64,000 bases of DNA. Source: a virus. The position numbers were made by a program, and so were the translations under genes. Where the stretch lies: the IMG/VR virus record IMGVR_UViG_3300012919_000005, positions 1 to 64,000 of that record. The stretch is one strand, 5' to 3'. Under the pieces are notes generated by a model. The model worked only from the letters and a program-made list of their open reading frames with translations, was not told where the DNA came from and ran no database searches. This document shows, in pieces, positions 10,901-20,142 of the stretch (positions within the stretch are counted from its first letter, which is position 1; every line of letters starts with the position of its first letter).

Positions 10901-11464
10901 TTCTGGCTCTGCTTTTGTTATACCTCTTGTAAGACGATTAAATGAGTCTGTTAAATCTCTTCCTAATGCAAGAGAAGTATTCTTTGCGGCTGTACCAATC
11001 TCTTCTAATTGGGCTCTAGATAGTCCTGCAGCTATACCAATAGCTGTTGCTTGTGCAGCTTCTGCAAATCTTAACTGACCCCCTGTAGCTTCTTGAATAC
11101 CTTTTGTATATGTTTGAAATGCAATACCTGTAACAGCTCCAAAAGCTTCTTGTCCAGCTATTAAATTTTTATAATCTATTGCACTTGATAAAAACTGGAA
11201 CGCAGCTGTTACAGCAAATACTTGAGCAGCAAGAGTCGCGTAAGCAGGAACAAGTCCTCCACTAATCCCTTGTTGAATTTTTGAAAAGTTTTTAGTCTGA
11301 TTAGAAGACTGACCTGTTATGCCTTTACCGGCTCTATCAGCAGATCTTTGTGAAGTTGCAAGTGCATCAAAACCTCTACTGGTTTTTTTGACTTTCTTCT
11401 CTAATTTTTTAAGACTGTCACCATCACTAAATTCGGTTACTACTCTATTTTTACCTTTTGCCAT
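7958..11464 (-). CDS. Tape measure protein (T5 pb2-like N-terminus)
   Basis: 1168 aa, coiled-coil rich; GGLVPAYATLAA and GITKAEPELLDELGI motifs; C-terminal GE...EAVVPL and REKRPGG. Confidence 0.9.
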   Translation of the reverse strand: MAKGKNRVVTEFSDGDSLKKLEKKVKKTSRGFDALATSQRSADRAGKGITGQSSNQTKNFSKIQQGISGGLVPAYATLAAQVFAVTAAFQFLSSAIDYKNLIAGQEAFGAVTGIAFQTYTKGIQEATGGQLRFAEAAQATAIGIAAGLSRAQLEEIGTAAKNTSLALGRDLTDSFNRLTRGITKAEPELLDELGIILRLEPALKAYADSVGKSKEQLNQFEKSQAVANEVLGQAEMKFGRITEIMDPSAFALQQFAVAFDDLLNRFKVLLGSALLPMIQFLSNNVPALTAALSLFALPIIKTILPNFDEMGKRAKENFGIVQKQIQKTQGKMLMMTGDNKGFRESSSTAINDLRSREGLKPVSVMHGQMTRRSIDAQMKELKRGGKLRDMLNAKERAQYKRHLRIQLLSLEISEKKKRGEFQKTATFFNLQTQKMELQYRKAQVRMITFSQFAAKQMNRAFMAAGVIGALVLIGSLVVSAFKAIRGESPFKAINDDIQAATETQKGLNKELAKMLEVRKEGLIAQGQETSLQFANMLKSAGTLKSLADFEANRRAIAKLLMEKGATQSFISAQTNPQIKDIMEQRTSMSNGPYGGTSFETVKVGEETTIANKNLNKQFQEQRETLATLRDAAVGPLKKEYAALYDQFLRGEPITKDQAENIRKLEGRFIGMADRVAKASEVNKTYQQSLTGMAGKGLPFQNQRRALNDMMRTVEAQITMEKEGVENESERTQKSKDQLATDRARLQVLQNFKVELGEIVDKEVERLETLEANNRARSIASRAVTIEDKLLHLNTKNLKAEEKSLKVKQDLRNAQASLNALEQKGYKTTSEFMTEEGVLDQAALDAYVENGGILEENVKDAEFAVDLAREKVSTAETELRTTELLTEEQRKQLKIQLNNLALKQRQNLMDINSAKRSAGRLGFNTAFAGTQFGSFALKQQGIRDAQTKAARMQLSIDTQRQNLMDKNIARSSQEFQTELSSIHNNEAKLKLLKEQTRFQEEALTLGGQLQNSFAKGMEDMFTAFFTGAKTAKEAFADLAMFMLKKMAEIAAQQVAMSIMTNMFGLTIPMARGGVIRGYRGGGIATEPTYLVGEGKHNEAVVPLPDGRSIPVSMTGGGANNNISINIDNSGNASSTGMNGAQGAALGKAIAATVMETIQREKRPGGVLSR

Positions 11465-11466
11465 TT

Positions 11467-11832
11467 TTATTTAACTGCGTTTCCGCCTTTGTTCTTTGAA
11501 CTTTTTCTTTTTCTTTCTAAGTCTTTATTAATAGTTTGTGAGTTTCTTGCTTCTATATGTTTTAAAAATACTATACATAATTGTCTTTCTTTTATATTAA
11601 ATTCTTTTAACATAGTTCCAAGTGCGGAATAATCTTTTCCTAAGTATGAACCACTCATTCCTTCCCATCTATCGGGAAGTAAATCATGTATTGTAAAAGC
11701 TTCTTGTACTTCTATTGGAAACTCACTTCTATCTGGTGGCATTTTATCTGGGTCAGGCTCTTCTCCTAACTCCTCACATACTCTCAAATATGTGTCTATT
11801 GGTAGCATACCTTCTTTATAATGTCTATCCAA
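11467..11832 (-). CDS. Tail assembly chaperone, C-terminal (GT-like) part
   Basis: LPDRWEGMSGSYLGKDYS motif; frame is open back to the slippery site at 11865-11871. Confidence 0.75.
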   Translation of the reverse strand: MDRHYKEGMLPIDTYLRVCEELGEEPDPDKMPPDRSEFPIEVQEAFTIHDLLPDRWEGMSGSYLGKDYSALGTMLKEFNIKERQLCIVFLKHIEARNSQTINKDLERKRKSSKNKGGNAVK

Positions 11833-11849
11833 TTTTGCAAGTATTTCTA

Positions 11850-12278
11850 CTACTTGCTGTGAGAAAAATTTTCTAGGTCACCTACCACCTCCGTAACCCA
11901 CATGTCGAAGTCAGACGCATTTTTCATAAGTATTTCTGCATCTTCTTGACTATAATCTAACTCACCATTTAAATCTTTAACGTTAGCTAAATTAACTAAA
12001 AGCATTTTTTCTAAGTATTTGTACTTAAGTCCTTTCCAACCTTTTATTACTGCTTTACAGTATTCGGTTAAAAATTTATCGTCGTCCATTTGCTCTTCAA
12101 ATGCTCTAGTTTTTCTGTTGAACTTTTGAGTAAGACATTTACTTCTTAATTTAAGTAACTCTTCTCTTGCTAAGTAACAGAGGTCAACAGTAAATCCTTC
12201 AAATTCAGGATAGTCTACTGTTACTGTTTTACTTGGAGTTAATAAACTCGCTAGTGATACTTTTTTGTTTTCTTCCAT
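11850..12278 (-). CDS. Tail assembly chaperone (G-like)
   Basis: Lies between tail tube and tape measure genes; VIKGWKGLK motif. Confidence 0.8.
   Translation of the reverse strand: MEENKKVSLASLLTPSKTVTVDYPEFEGFTVDLCYLAREELLKLRSKCLTQKFNRKTRAFEEQMDDDKFLTEYCKAVIKGWKGLKYKYLEKMLLVNLANVKDLNGELDYSQEDAEILMKNASDFDMWVTEVVGDLENFSHSK
11865..11871 (-). other. -1 programmed ribosomal frameshift site A-AAT-TTT
   Basis: XXXYYYZ heptamer in frame near the end of the chaperone gene; the -1 frame reads FSQQVVEILAKLDRHY into the downstream ORF. Confidence 0.75.
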
Positions 12279-12289
12279 TTGTATTCCTT

Positions 12290-12315
12290 AAAAAAGGGGA
12301 GGAGTTACCCTCCCC
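12290..12315 (-). terminator. Intrinsic terminator after the tail tube gene
   Basis: GGGGAGG/CCTCCCC stem followed by a T-run on the minus strand. Confidence 0.7.
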
Positions 12316-12328
12316 GGGTTAATTGGTA

Positions 12329-13483
12329 TTAACTACCTGTATAAGTAACTTTTGCTTCAAACTGATCAGCAGTTGTCGGATCTACTGAGGCTGGTAAAGC
12401 ATGGAAACTTGTTTCTACTGAAATTATATCATCAATAGAATGAGCGGGTACTTCAAAGTGACATTTCGGTAAATCGATTTGTATCTTTGGAGCTGTTGTT
12501 CCACCTATTTTAAATACTGTATTAAAACTATTAGTTACAACTGTATTAGCTTCAATTAAGTCTTCAAATAAGTCTGCACTTCCACCTGTCTCGTTATTTA
12601 AATAACAAGTAAAGTTTCCTGAAACACTTCTTGTTCCTGTAACATGTCCTAATGGTTGGTTAACGACTCCTAAAGTTTCTGGAGTTAAGTAAGTAATATT
12701 ATTTTCCATTGTTATATTACCACCTGTTAACACTAAGTTATAAACACCATTAGATGATGCACCTGGGAATGTAGTTGTGTCTGCAGCTGTTACTGCTAGC
12801 TGAGTTAATCTATTTCTTATGAAATTACCTGTTCCTGTTGTTCCTTCAGAAATTAATGTGCCAGAAGCTAGTGCACTTTCGTCAGTAATCATTGAAGCAT
12901 TACCTGACCAAGTTGCAGTTGCTATACCATCGATATCAAAATCAATAGATACAGAACTTACTACACAATTAGCTAGTTTGTAGAAGGTTTCCCCACTACC
13001 TTGGGTTGCACCCATTTCAAAGAACAAATCAAAAGTTGCCAATGCTGGTACTTCTGAGTTTGTGAAATCAAAGACAACATTTGATGTTGAGTTGGTTACT
13101 GTATCACTCCATGAAGCTTCGGTTGCACCATTAGTTTTAGTAAACGTTGCTGCTCCCATAAAGCAAGCCCATAAAGCTTCCTCTACTGCGTGATGGTGAT
13201 TATCAGAACCTGAGCCTTCCCAACCATTAGTCGCTCCAGCTGTTGCTTGGAACGGTCTTAAATAAGTTTGGAAAGACCACTCAGCTGGTGCATATGAATC
13301 AGTAAACATTTGTCTACTTCTTCTGCTTTTACCGCTGCCGTCTGCCATTTCATTCAGAGTAATTTCACTTGTGTTTGTGCCTTGTGAAAAACTGAAGCCA
13401 TCTAAAACAGGGATAAGCCACTTGGACGAATCCTTTATTAAATAAACTTCGGTATCTCGGCTAAAATAAAATTTATCTGCCAT
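12329..13483 (-). CDS. Major tail tube protein (T5 pb6-like)
   Basis: IPVLDGFSFSQ, PAEWSFQTY, NNITYLTPETLG and TGTRSVSGNFTCYL motifs. Confidence 0.9.
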   Translation of the reverse strand: MADKFYFSRDTEVYLIKDSSKWLIPVLDGFSFSQGTNTSEITLNEMADGSGKSRRSRQMFTDSYAPAEWSFQTYLRPFQATAGATNGWEGSGSDNHHHAVEEALWACFMGAATFTKTNGATEASWSDTVTNSTSNVVFDFTNSEVPALATFDLFFEMGATQGSGETFYKLANCVVSSVSIDFDIDGIATATWSGNASMITDESALASGTLISEGTTGTGNFIRNRLTQLAVTAADTTTFPGASSNGVYNLVLTGGNITMENNITYLTPETLGVVNQPLGHVTGTRSVSGNFTCYLNNETGGSADLFEDLIEANTVVTNSFNTVFKIGGTTAPKIQIDLPKCHFEVPAHSIDDIISVETSFHALPASVDPTTADQFEAKVTYTGS

Positions 13484-13542
13484 TTTTATTCTCCTAATCT
13501 TGAAAAGAGCCTTGACAAATAATTACTTATCGTGGCTGTTTT

Positions 13543-14007
13543 CTAATATTGAACCTCTATTTGTATTTCTCCTACTCCTAGAGGGTCTAAGACACCTTCA
13601 TCGGTATCTACGCTTAGTATTGAAGTTTGCACAGTACTTTGTGCAACTCCATTTTTATCATAATATGTAAGAGGATCTTTTGCCTCTAAGACAGTTTCAA
13701 TGTCTTCAAGTAAAGCATCTAATGCTCCTACACTATCTTCATTATCTTCTACATAACATCTTAATGTAATTGCAAGATAACGAAATTTAAATCCTCCTCC
13801 ATCATATGAGCGGGTTTCTCTACCTGCATTTATGTGGACGGAAGGAAATTCTGTTACTTCGTCCCAAAATTTTAGTCTTGGTTCTACTGTATGTAATGAG
13901 GATTGATAAGCACCTGTACCGTCAATAAGTTCTAATGCATCAACGAGTGCATTGACAATATTTTGTCTTCGTGTTGTATATTGTCTTGTACTAGTTTCTG
14001 TTGGCAT
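13543..14007 (-). CDS. Tail terminator protein (T5-like)
   Basis: FWDEVTEFPS and TDEGVLDPLGVGE motifs; synteny. Confidence 0.8.
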   Translation of the reverse strand: MPTETSTRQYTTRRQNIVNALVDALELIDGTGAYQSSLHTVEPRLKFWDEVTEFPSVHINAGRETRSYDGGGFKFRYLAITLRCYVEDNEDSVGALDALLEDIETVLEAKDPLTYYDKNGVAQSTVQTSILSVDTDEGVLDPLGVGEIQIEVQY

Positions 14008-15590
14008 TAGCTAAATACTCTCCTTGTTGACGCAACTGGTTGACCTCCCATGTTTACTGCAACTATCTCTCTTATACTCATTCCTATTAAATGTCTTGGG
14101 TCTCTAAATTGATTTGCCCAGGGGGCTTTACCTGTACCCGGTTCAAATACTCCATAAGGTTTTTGTGGATATGAATAATCTATATACAATCCTCCTCTTG
14201 GCCCTACTATAACTTGTTCTACTTTTGATTCTCTTCTTAGTCTACCTGATTGATTCTGTAATCTTGGACGAACCATATTCTTATCCATTGCTCTAGGTAA
14301 TAATCTATTAATTAAATCTCTTATAAGCAAACCTTCCTTATCCATTCTAAATCCTGAATTTTGTAAATGCTCTCCTCTTTTATTTGGAGATACTTTACTT
14401 AAGGCAACTTTCTTAACTTTTGGTTTCTTAGTCGCTACTACTGTTTTAACAGCTTTATTACTTTTTGGTGTTACAAAACCTTCTTTCCCTTGTTTCTTTT
14501 CGTATCTTACTTTTTCTAACTGTTTTTTAAAACTTATTTTTGTTTTCTTTACTATACCTTGATTCATTCTACCTGAACTTCTTTGCATAGCTTTAACAGA
14601 TCTTTCTATTTGTTCTATCCACTGATCTTCAGATATACCAGCTCCTTCATCATCAAAGTTGGGAGAGTCTGCTATATAATTAACTTTTTTTAATCCTGTT
14701 AAAGTACTTGCATAAGCAGTCATCTGTGTATTAAATTCTTCAGTGAATAAATCTAAAAATTCTTTACTGTCACTTTTATCGGGAGCACCAGTATTTCCTA
14801 CTGATCTTCCTGGCATCATAACAATTCTTATTGTATGATTTCTTTGTATACTATTTTTTGTTTTTCTTCTATCTACTTTAGTACCATATTTATACTGAAA
14901 ATAGTTTAGTATAAATCCTTTTTCCCAGCCTAGCCAATCTTCAGTACTTGCATTTCCAACTATACCAGCAATAATTGCATTATTTATATTATTACCTTCA
15001 GAGCCTGGTCTAGTTTGTGCTTGAACACTAGTAGCTTGACTCATAGTAAATCCACTCAGTTGTTGCATTGCGCCTTGTTTCTGAAACTTTTGAACAAGTT
15101 TACCATGTTCAGCTGTAGAAATTCCTTTATGCCATTTTTTTATAACATTCTTTTTTAAAGATCTTATTGCGTTTGCTGCCCATTTTTTATTTAGATTACC
15201 AGACTTTAAAGTTTGTCTTCTATTTACACATGTAAAAGTATAACTTTTACCATTATCACTTACCCATCTACCTGCTCCATCTTTTTTAGTATACCAAGTA
15301 GGTCTTTTACCAAACTTCATCCAACCTTCTAAATGCTTTTTAAACGCTTTCCAAGATTTATCAGTTTCTGATTTACCATCTCCTTCCATATATGCTTTAA
15401 AAGCTAATGCTGTTTCATCGCCTGTGTCTTGGTCAAAATCTTTAATTTCTTGTATAATCTTCTGTTTTAAAGAGTCTAACCAATCTGATTTATTTATAGT
15501 AAAAGTTAAATACTGAATAGAAGAAGTATCTCTTTCATTTTTTATTCTATGATACTCTTGTATTGCTTGCTTTCTTCTTGCTATGGACAT
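14007..15590 (-). CDS. Tail completion/neck protein with long basic N-terminal extension
   Basis: C-terminal LQNQSGRL...PYGVFE...RDPRHLIGMSIREI resembles T5-like tail completion proteins; synteny. Confidence 0.6.
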   Translation of the reverse strand: MSIARRKQAIQEYHRIKNERDTSSIQYLTFTINKSDWLDSLKQKIIQEIKDFDQDTGDETALAFKAYMEGDGKSETDKSWKAFKKHLEGWMKFGKRPTWYTKKDGAGRWVSDNGKSYTFTCVNRRQTLKSGNLNKKWAANAIRSLKKNVIKKWHKGISTAEHGKLVQKFQKQGAMQQLSGFTMSQATSVQAQTRPGSEGNNINNAIIAGIVGNASTEDWLGWEKGFILNYFQYKYGTKVDRRKTKNSIQRNHTIRIVMMPGRSVGNTGAPDKSDSKEFLDLFTEEFNTQMTAYASTLTGLKKVNYIADSPNFDDEGAGISEDQWIEQIERSVKAMQRSSGRMNQGIVKKTKISFKKQLEKVRYEKKQGKEGFVTPKSNKAVKTVVATKKPKVKKVALSKVSPNKRGEHLQNSGFRMDKEGLLIRDLINRLLPRAMDKNMVRPRLQNQSGRLRRESKVEQVIVGPRGGLYIDYSYPQKPYGVFEPGTGKAPWANQFRDPRHLIGMSIREIVAVNMGGQPVASTRRVFS

Positions 15591-16177
15591 TACACTATTA
15601 CTCTATACAAATCAAGCACTCTTTTAATATGGTCAGGAAAATCAGTATTATTTCTAACACTTGAGGAGCCTTGTGATTCTATTGTTGCTCCTTGCATTGT
15701 TCTTCTTGACTTATGCTCATCTCGTAAGTAGTATGTAATTAAATCCATTACGGCTAATTTAAGATCAGAAGGTACAGCTGAGTAGCCAGATCGATATGCT
15801 ATTTGTACGGCTCCAAAACCTTTCTGATAGTTTTTTGTACCATTACCAACAATTCTTCTTACTGCGTCAAATGTATTATCAACATAGTAATCTTGATTCG
15901 CTGTTAAAGTAGTATAACTCTCAGTTGGGCTGCCGCGTTCTTTAACAGATGTCACGCTAATCAGTGGACTTTCACTTACTATTATAACTGAAGTGTCCTC
16001 TGTAACATTGAATGTCTCTGTTTTATCAGAACTGAAAAAATCAACAAAACTTGTTCCACAATATCTCTTTACTAATTCGGAGATTTGAGGAACTAAAATA
16101 TTAAGGCGATCGTCGTCCTTAGCACCAGTTAGCCCTTCTGCGTCTTTATAATCTTGTACTGTTACTAAGTCTGCCAT
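15590..16177 (-). CDS. Head completion / head-tail adaptor
   Basis: YRSGYSAVPSDLKLAV and FPDHIKRVLDLYR motifs; directly follows the MCP gene. Confidence 0.85.
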   Translation of the reverse strand: MADLVTVQDYKDAEGLTGAKDDDRLNILVPQISELVKRYCGTSFVDFFSSDKTETFNVTEDTSVIIVSESPLISVTSVKERGSPTESYTTLTANQDYYVDNTFDAVRRIVGNGTKNYQKGFGAVQIAYRSGYSAVPSDLKLAVMDLITYYLRDEHKSRRTMQGATIESQGSSSVRNNTDFPDHIKRVLDLYRVIV

Positions 16178-16185
16178 AATTCAAG

Positions 16186-16209
16186 TGTGGGTTTTAAGGT
16201 AAACCCACA
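16186..16209 (-). terminator. Hairpin after the major capsid gene
   Basis: TGTGGGTTT/AAACCCACA inverted repeat. Confidence 0.55.
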
Positions 16210-16226
16210 AAACCATAATTAAGCTA

Positions 16227-18263
16227 TTAACTAGCTTTGTAGTTTCTGATAACAACTGCGTCAGAACCGCCGATGATGTCATCAAATCCAAGTCTTTGTG
16301 AAGCCACAAGTACTCTTCTCTGATTAGCTACATCGTAGTCTGATTCAATTGTAACGCCTCTTAATCTAGGCATAACGAAGTTTCTAGCATATAAAGCTAC
16401 AGCGTGAGTCTTATTAGCTGCTCTTGCTGCGAATTCATCACAGATTAATACTCTAGATCCGAAGACCTGACCAATCTCACCAGATAGCTTAGTTGCCATA
16501 TCGCCAACGAGGTTAGCGTCTTGGAACTCAGCATCTTCTAGCAAGTTGTAGTATGCTTCTTGTGATACAATATATACGACTTCATTTGGATTTACACCAT
16601 ATTTGCCCATTGATTTTCTCATTTCTAATAACTCTGTTGCAGTAAGTTTATCAGCTGCGAAAGCTTCTGAACCTACGAGTACATTTGAAGCATCAGTAGC
16701 TTTGTGAACTAGTCCATCAAAAATACCTGATGTGTATGTACCTTGTGCATTGTTACCAAATAAGATAGCATTTTCCATACCTCTTGCATGAGCTCTAACC
16801 ATTGATTCTCTGATTAATGGTAGAATTGGCATAATCGCGTCTTCTTCTGTTTCATTACCAATAAATGATTTTGAAATCAATTTCTTAACAGTTAATGTTT
16901 TTTCTGTTAAGTCGATACCGCCTCTATCACCAGTAGTTACATAAGAGTCGCCTCTTTCTGATAAGTTACCGTGTGGGCTTGCACCGTCGCCTGTACCAGC
17001 AGCTGATACGAATTCAGCGTATCCTGCATCTGGTAAGATTGGCATAATCATTGAAGCACTAGTCATTGCAACTTCTCTAAATAGAGGAGCTAAGACTAAT
17101 TCATTTTGAATGTCTCTTTCAACATTAGTTGAAACAACTTGTTCGAAGTCTGCAGATGATACTGCAACACTTGAGTCAGCGTTTACTTTTTCTATGATAC
17201 CTTGACCATATTTTGTGCTTTCAATTGATTTCTGTCCAGTAATAACTGAAAGAACTTTTGCGTCCATGATTTCCTCTTTATGAGTTTCTTTCCAGTTAGA
17301 GTTTGTACCTCTATCTGAGAAGATTCGCTTGGACTCTCTCATCTTCATGATTTCATCTGATTTCTCAGTTAAATCTTTTTGTAGTTCTGAAACTACTGAT
17401 GAAAGCTCTTCATTCTTTTCTAACAGTCTTGACTCGACATCATTTACTAATTTCTCGGCACCGGATAATCCAGCTTCGATTATAGTTTTCTGTTCGTCCT
17501 GTTTTGCCTCTTGAACAGCCTTTGCTTCAGCCTCGACATCAGCAGCTTTTTGAAGTTCTGCGTCGTCTTTAGCTTTTTGCTCTGCTTGTTGCATAGCAAT
17601 AGTAGTTGCAGTTTTCTTAGCAACTTCTTCAGCAAATGCCTTCAGATCAAATTCTGGACTCTGAGTGTCATTTGACATATCTTTCTCCATATTATCCGCA
17701 TTTGCGGCACTTGGCTGCTCAGTTTTGTCAGTAATAACTGACTCCACAGAGTGAGCCTTGTTAAAATGCTGTTTAAACTCTTGATACTCATCATCGCTGT
17801 CAAATGACTTTGATATTGAGAAAGTAGCAGTTTGATTAGCTGGTATGCTAACCACTGATACTTCAAGAAGTTCAGCACTTTTTATAAAAAATCCGTCAGT
17901 TTCTTTATTGTATTCAGCGTCCTTGACCTTGAAACCAACGGAAAAGGCTCCAAGGACACCGTCTTTAATTAGGTCTACTACATCTCCAGCAGACTTTGAA
18001 ATTTTTGCTTCTATTTCAAGGCCGTTTTGAGTAACATCGCAATATTTTGCTCTACCAATCGGTCTATCATAGTTGTGATTAAAAAGAATAATTGGGTTAT
18101 CCCCATAATTATCTAAACCACCTTGTTTCCATGCATTGTGATCAATTACATCTCCGGTTCTATCTAGTGCACTAGTACTAGCTAGACCTTTAATATTAAT
18201 TGAACCATCTTCAGCAACATCAGATTTCTGAAAAGTGTTAGTCATGTGAAATATCTTTTTCAT
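16227..18263 (-). CDS. Fused HK97-type prohead protease + major capsid protein
   Basis: N-terminal protease motifs (DRTGD, NPIILFNHN, GAFSVGF, LLEVSVVSIPAN), then a coiled-coil delta domain and an HK97-fold capsid region; internal GGAG-preceded ATG at 17678. Confidence 0.9.
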   Translation of the reverse strand: MKKIFHMTNTFQKSDVAEDGSINIKGLASTSALDRTGDVIDHNAWKQGGLDNYGDNPIILFNHNYDRPIGRAKYCDVTQNGLEIEAKISKSAGDVVDLIKDGVLGAFSVGFKVKDAEYNKETDGFFIKSAELLEVSVVSIPANQTATFSISKSFDSDDEYQEFKQHFNKAHSVESVITDKTEQPSAANADNMEKDMSNDTQSPEFDLKAFAEEVAKKTATTIAMQQAEQKAKDDAELQKAADVEAEAKAVQEAKQDEQKTIIEAGLSGAEKLVNDVESRLLEKNEELSSVVSELQKDLTEKSDEIMKMRESKRIFSDRGTNSNWKETHKEEIMDAKVLSVITGQKSIESTKYGQGIIEKVNADSSVAVSSADFEQVVSTNVERDIQNELVLAPLFREVAMTSASMIMPILPDAGYAEFVSAAGTGDGASPHGNLSERGDSYVTTGDRGGIDLTEKTLTVKKLISKSFIGNETEEDAIMPILPLIRESMVRAHARGMENAILFGNNAQGTYTSGIFDGLVHKATDASNVLVGSEAFAADKLTATELLEMRKSMGKYGVNPNEVVYIVSQEAYYNLLEDAEFQDANLVGDMATKLSGEIGQVFGSRVLICDEFAARAANKTHAVALYARNFVMPRLRGVTIESDYDVANQRRVLVASQRLGFDDIIGGSDAVVIRNYKAS

Positions 18264-18264
18264 A

Positions 18265-18519
18265 TTACGTCTCCTTTACTTCTTTCTTTGCTACTGGTTT
18301 AGCTTTTACTTTAGGTGCAGGCTTGTGCATTTCTTCCCATTTCTCTGGAAAGTTAGACTTAATAAGTTGTGTAAGTCTTGACCAGCTGCCCCATGCTCTT
18401 TTTATAAGTATATAATTATAAGGTTTGTCGGAAGCTGCTTTGTATTCTACAATACTTAACATTTTGCCTTTTGATACCATATAATCAGCTACTTTTTCTA
18501 GTATTGCTTTTCTATTCAT
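18265..18519 (-). CDS. Small basic hypothetical protein (possible HTH)
   Basis: Likely start MNRKAILEK at 18519, overlapping the portal stop. Confidence 0.55.
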   Translation of the reverse strand: MNRKAILEKVADYMVSKGKMLSIVEYKAASDKPYNYILIKRAWGSWSRLTQLIKSNFPEKWEEMHKPAPKVKAKPVAKKEVKET

Positions 18520-19726
18520 CGTTTTCCTCTGTTTGCTCAGGCGGTCTTCCACCTTCTTCGGGATTTGCTGCTGAACCTGCTATATTTGCAGGTACACGAG
18601 GTTCATCGAATCCCTCCATTCTTTCTAATCTTAATGCGTCCCTAGCCTCGTTAGGTGACATTATTCCTGTGTTCACAAGAGTTGCATAGTAGCCTGCTTG
18701 ATCTCTTAGCTCTGGCTGTAAAGCAGGTATTCCTGATACATTTTCATTTGCTTCGAAACCGAAGTATCGTTCTAATGCATACTTAATTTTTCTAACTATA
18801 GGTAGTATTGTTTCTAAGTAATACAATCTATGATTAGGTCTTATGTTTGCATTGTTGCCACTATTTAAAAGGATAGGCGGTATGCCTAATGCTTCTAAAA
18901 TTACTCTCTCACATTGTGTGATAGAGTCTTGAAAGTCCAACTCTTTAAAGTTTACATTTGTTAGTTTATCAACTTCCAAACCTCCATCTAAAATAAGTGG
19001 TCTTCTTCCACCGGAAACAGGATTATATCTAGCTGTCCATGCTTGTAACATTCTCTCTTTAATTTTCTCAGAAAGAGTGTTAGGACTTTTTAGTACTAAT
19101 CCTGGCACTGCTCCATTTTTAAAGAAGTTATCCTGAAAGTGTCTTAAGTTAGAAAGTAGATTCATTGTTCTAAATGCAGGCTTAAGTCTAGGTACTCCCC
19201 TGTAAATGGAGTGAAAACTGTTTTCTTTTATGTGTATGATTTCGTTTACCTGATAATCGATAGAGGAATCAAACTCATACTTTTCTACATATAGTTTATC
19301 ATCAGTATGAATTCTTACCTTTTCGGCTGGTAAGTGATATAGATGCATTCCATCAAAGTATATAAATATATTACCATCTAGTAATAAATCTATAATAAGA
19401 TTTCTTTTAAATGTACTAACATCTTGAAATGGATTAGGTTCGTAGTTTAGTATTAAATCTACTCGTGATTGTCTTATGTTCTTGATTATGGGCGTCATGC
19501 CAACTATTTTGCCATCAAACTCAAAAGGAATTTCAGCAACGTCATCAACTATCATGTTTACGCCACGATTTACTACTTCTAGTTTTTCATAAGCGTCTCG
19601 ATAATTTTGAACTCTTTCACGAGATGCGATTTCTAATCCCTCATCTCTGGCGATAATATACTGCGCAGGATTGTGCTTTTCCTCTACGCTTTTATTTCCG
19701 CCTGTTATAAAATCATACCATGCCAT
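18512..19726 (-). CDS. Portal protein (HK97/T5-like)
   Basis: EPNPFQ, LLDGN, FFKNGAVPG and GIMSPNEAR motifs. Confidence 0.92.
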   Translation of the reverse strand: MAWYDFITGGNKSVEEKHNPAQYIIARDEGLEIASRERVQNYRDAYEKLEVVNRGVNMIVDDVAEIPFEFDGKIVGMTPIIKNIRQSRVDLILNYEPNPFQDVSTFKRNLIIDLLLDGNIFIYFDGMHLYHLPAEKVRIHTDDKLYVEKYEFDSSIDYQVNEIIHIKENSFHSIYRGVPRLKPAFRTMNLLSNLRHFQDNFFKNGAVPGLVLKSPNTLSEKIKERMLQAWTARYNPVSGGRRPLILDGGLEVDKLTNVNFKELDFQDSITQCERVILEALGIPPILLNSGNNANIRPNHRLYYLETILPIVRKIKYALERYFGFEANENVSGIPALQPELRDQAGYYATLVNTGIMSPNEARDALRLERMEGFDEPRVPANIAGSAANPEEGGRPPEQTEENDE

Positions 19727-20084
19727 ATTTATTCCTTTGAATCTCTACCCATTTTTCTTGCTTTTGTGCTGTTATCAATTTTGGTTTCTTTCCATAAATC
19801 GAATGTAGTTTCAAATGATGTTTATGGCATATGGTAACAGCTTTGTTATAAATTTTATCGAAGTATTCTTCAATAAACTTCTCTCGAACTTCGAGAATTT
19901 GTTCTTCTGTTGTTATTTCCAGATTATGCTTTGTCATATACTCTTCAAACAACTCTGTCAATGAGTAAAAATGATGAAAGTCTAATCTAGTCTGAGAACC
20001 GCAGATGTAACATTTATCTGTTTTCTCGTACTTGGATTTTGCTTTATCCCTTATGTATTTTATTAGGTCTCTTTTTAATTCCAC
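19713..20084 (-). CDS. HNH nicking endonuclease (T5-like)
   Basis: CYICG...DFHH...TICHKHH; lies between portal and TerL as in T5. Confidence 0.8.
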   Translation of the reverse strand: MELKRDLIKYIRDKAKSKYEKTDKCYICGSQTRLDFHHFYSLTELFEEYMTKHNLEITTEEQILEVREKFIEEYFDKIYNKAVTICHKHHLKLHSIYGKKPKLITAQKQEKWVEIQRNKYGMV

Positions 20085-20096
20085 TTTATATTATCA

Positions 20097-20125
20097 ATTA
20101 TATCTATTTTTTAACCAAAAGTCAA
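20097..20125 (-). promoter_or_regulatory. Sigma70 promoter for the head operon
   Basis: TTGACT-17-TATAAT. Confidence 0.75.
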
Positions 20126-20142
20126 GAGTTATTTTTGACATG

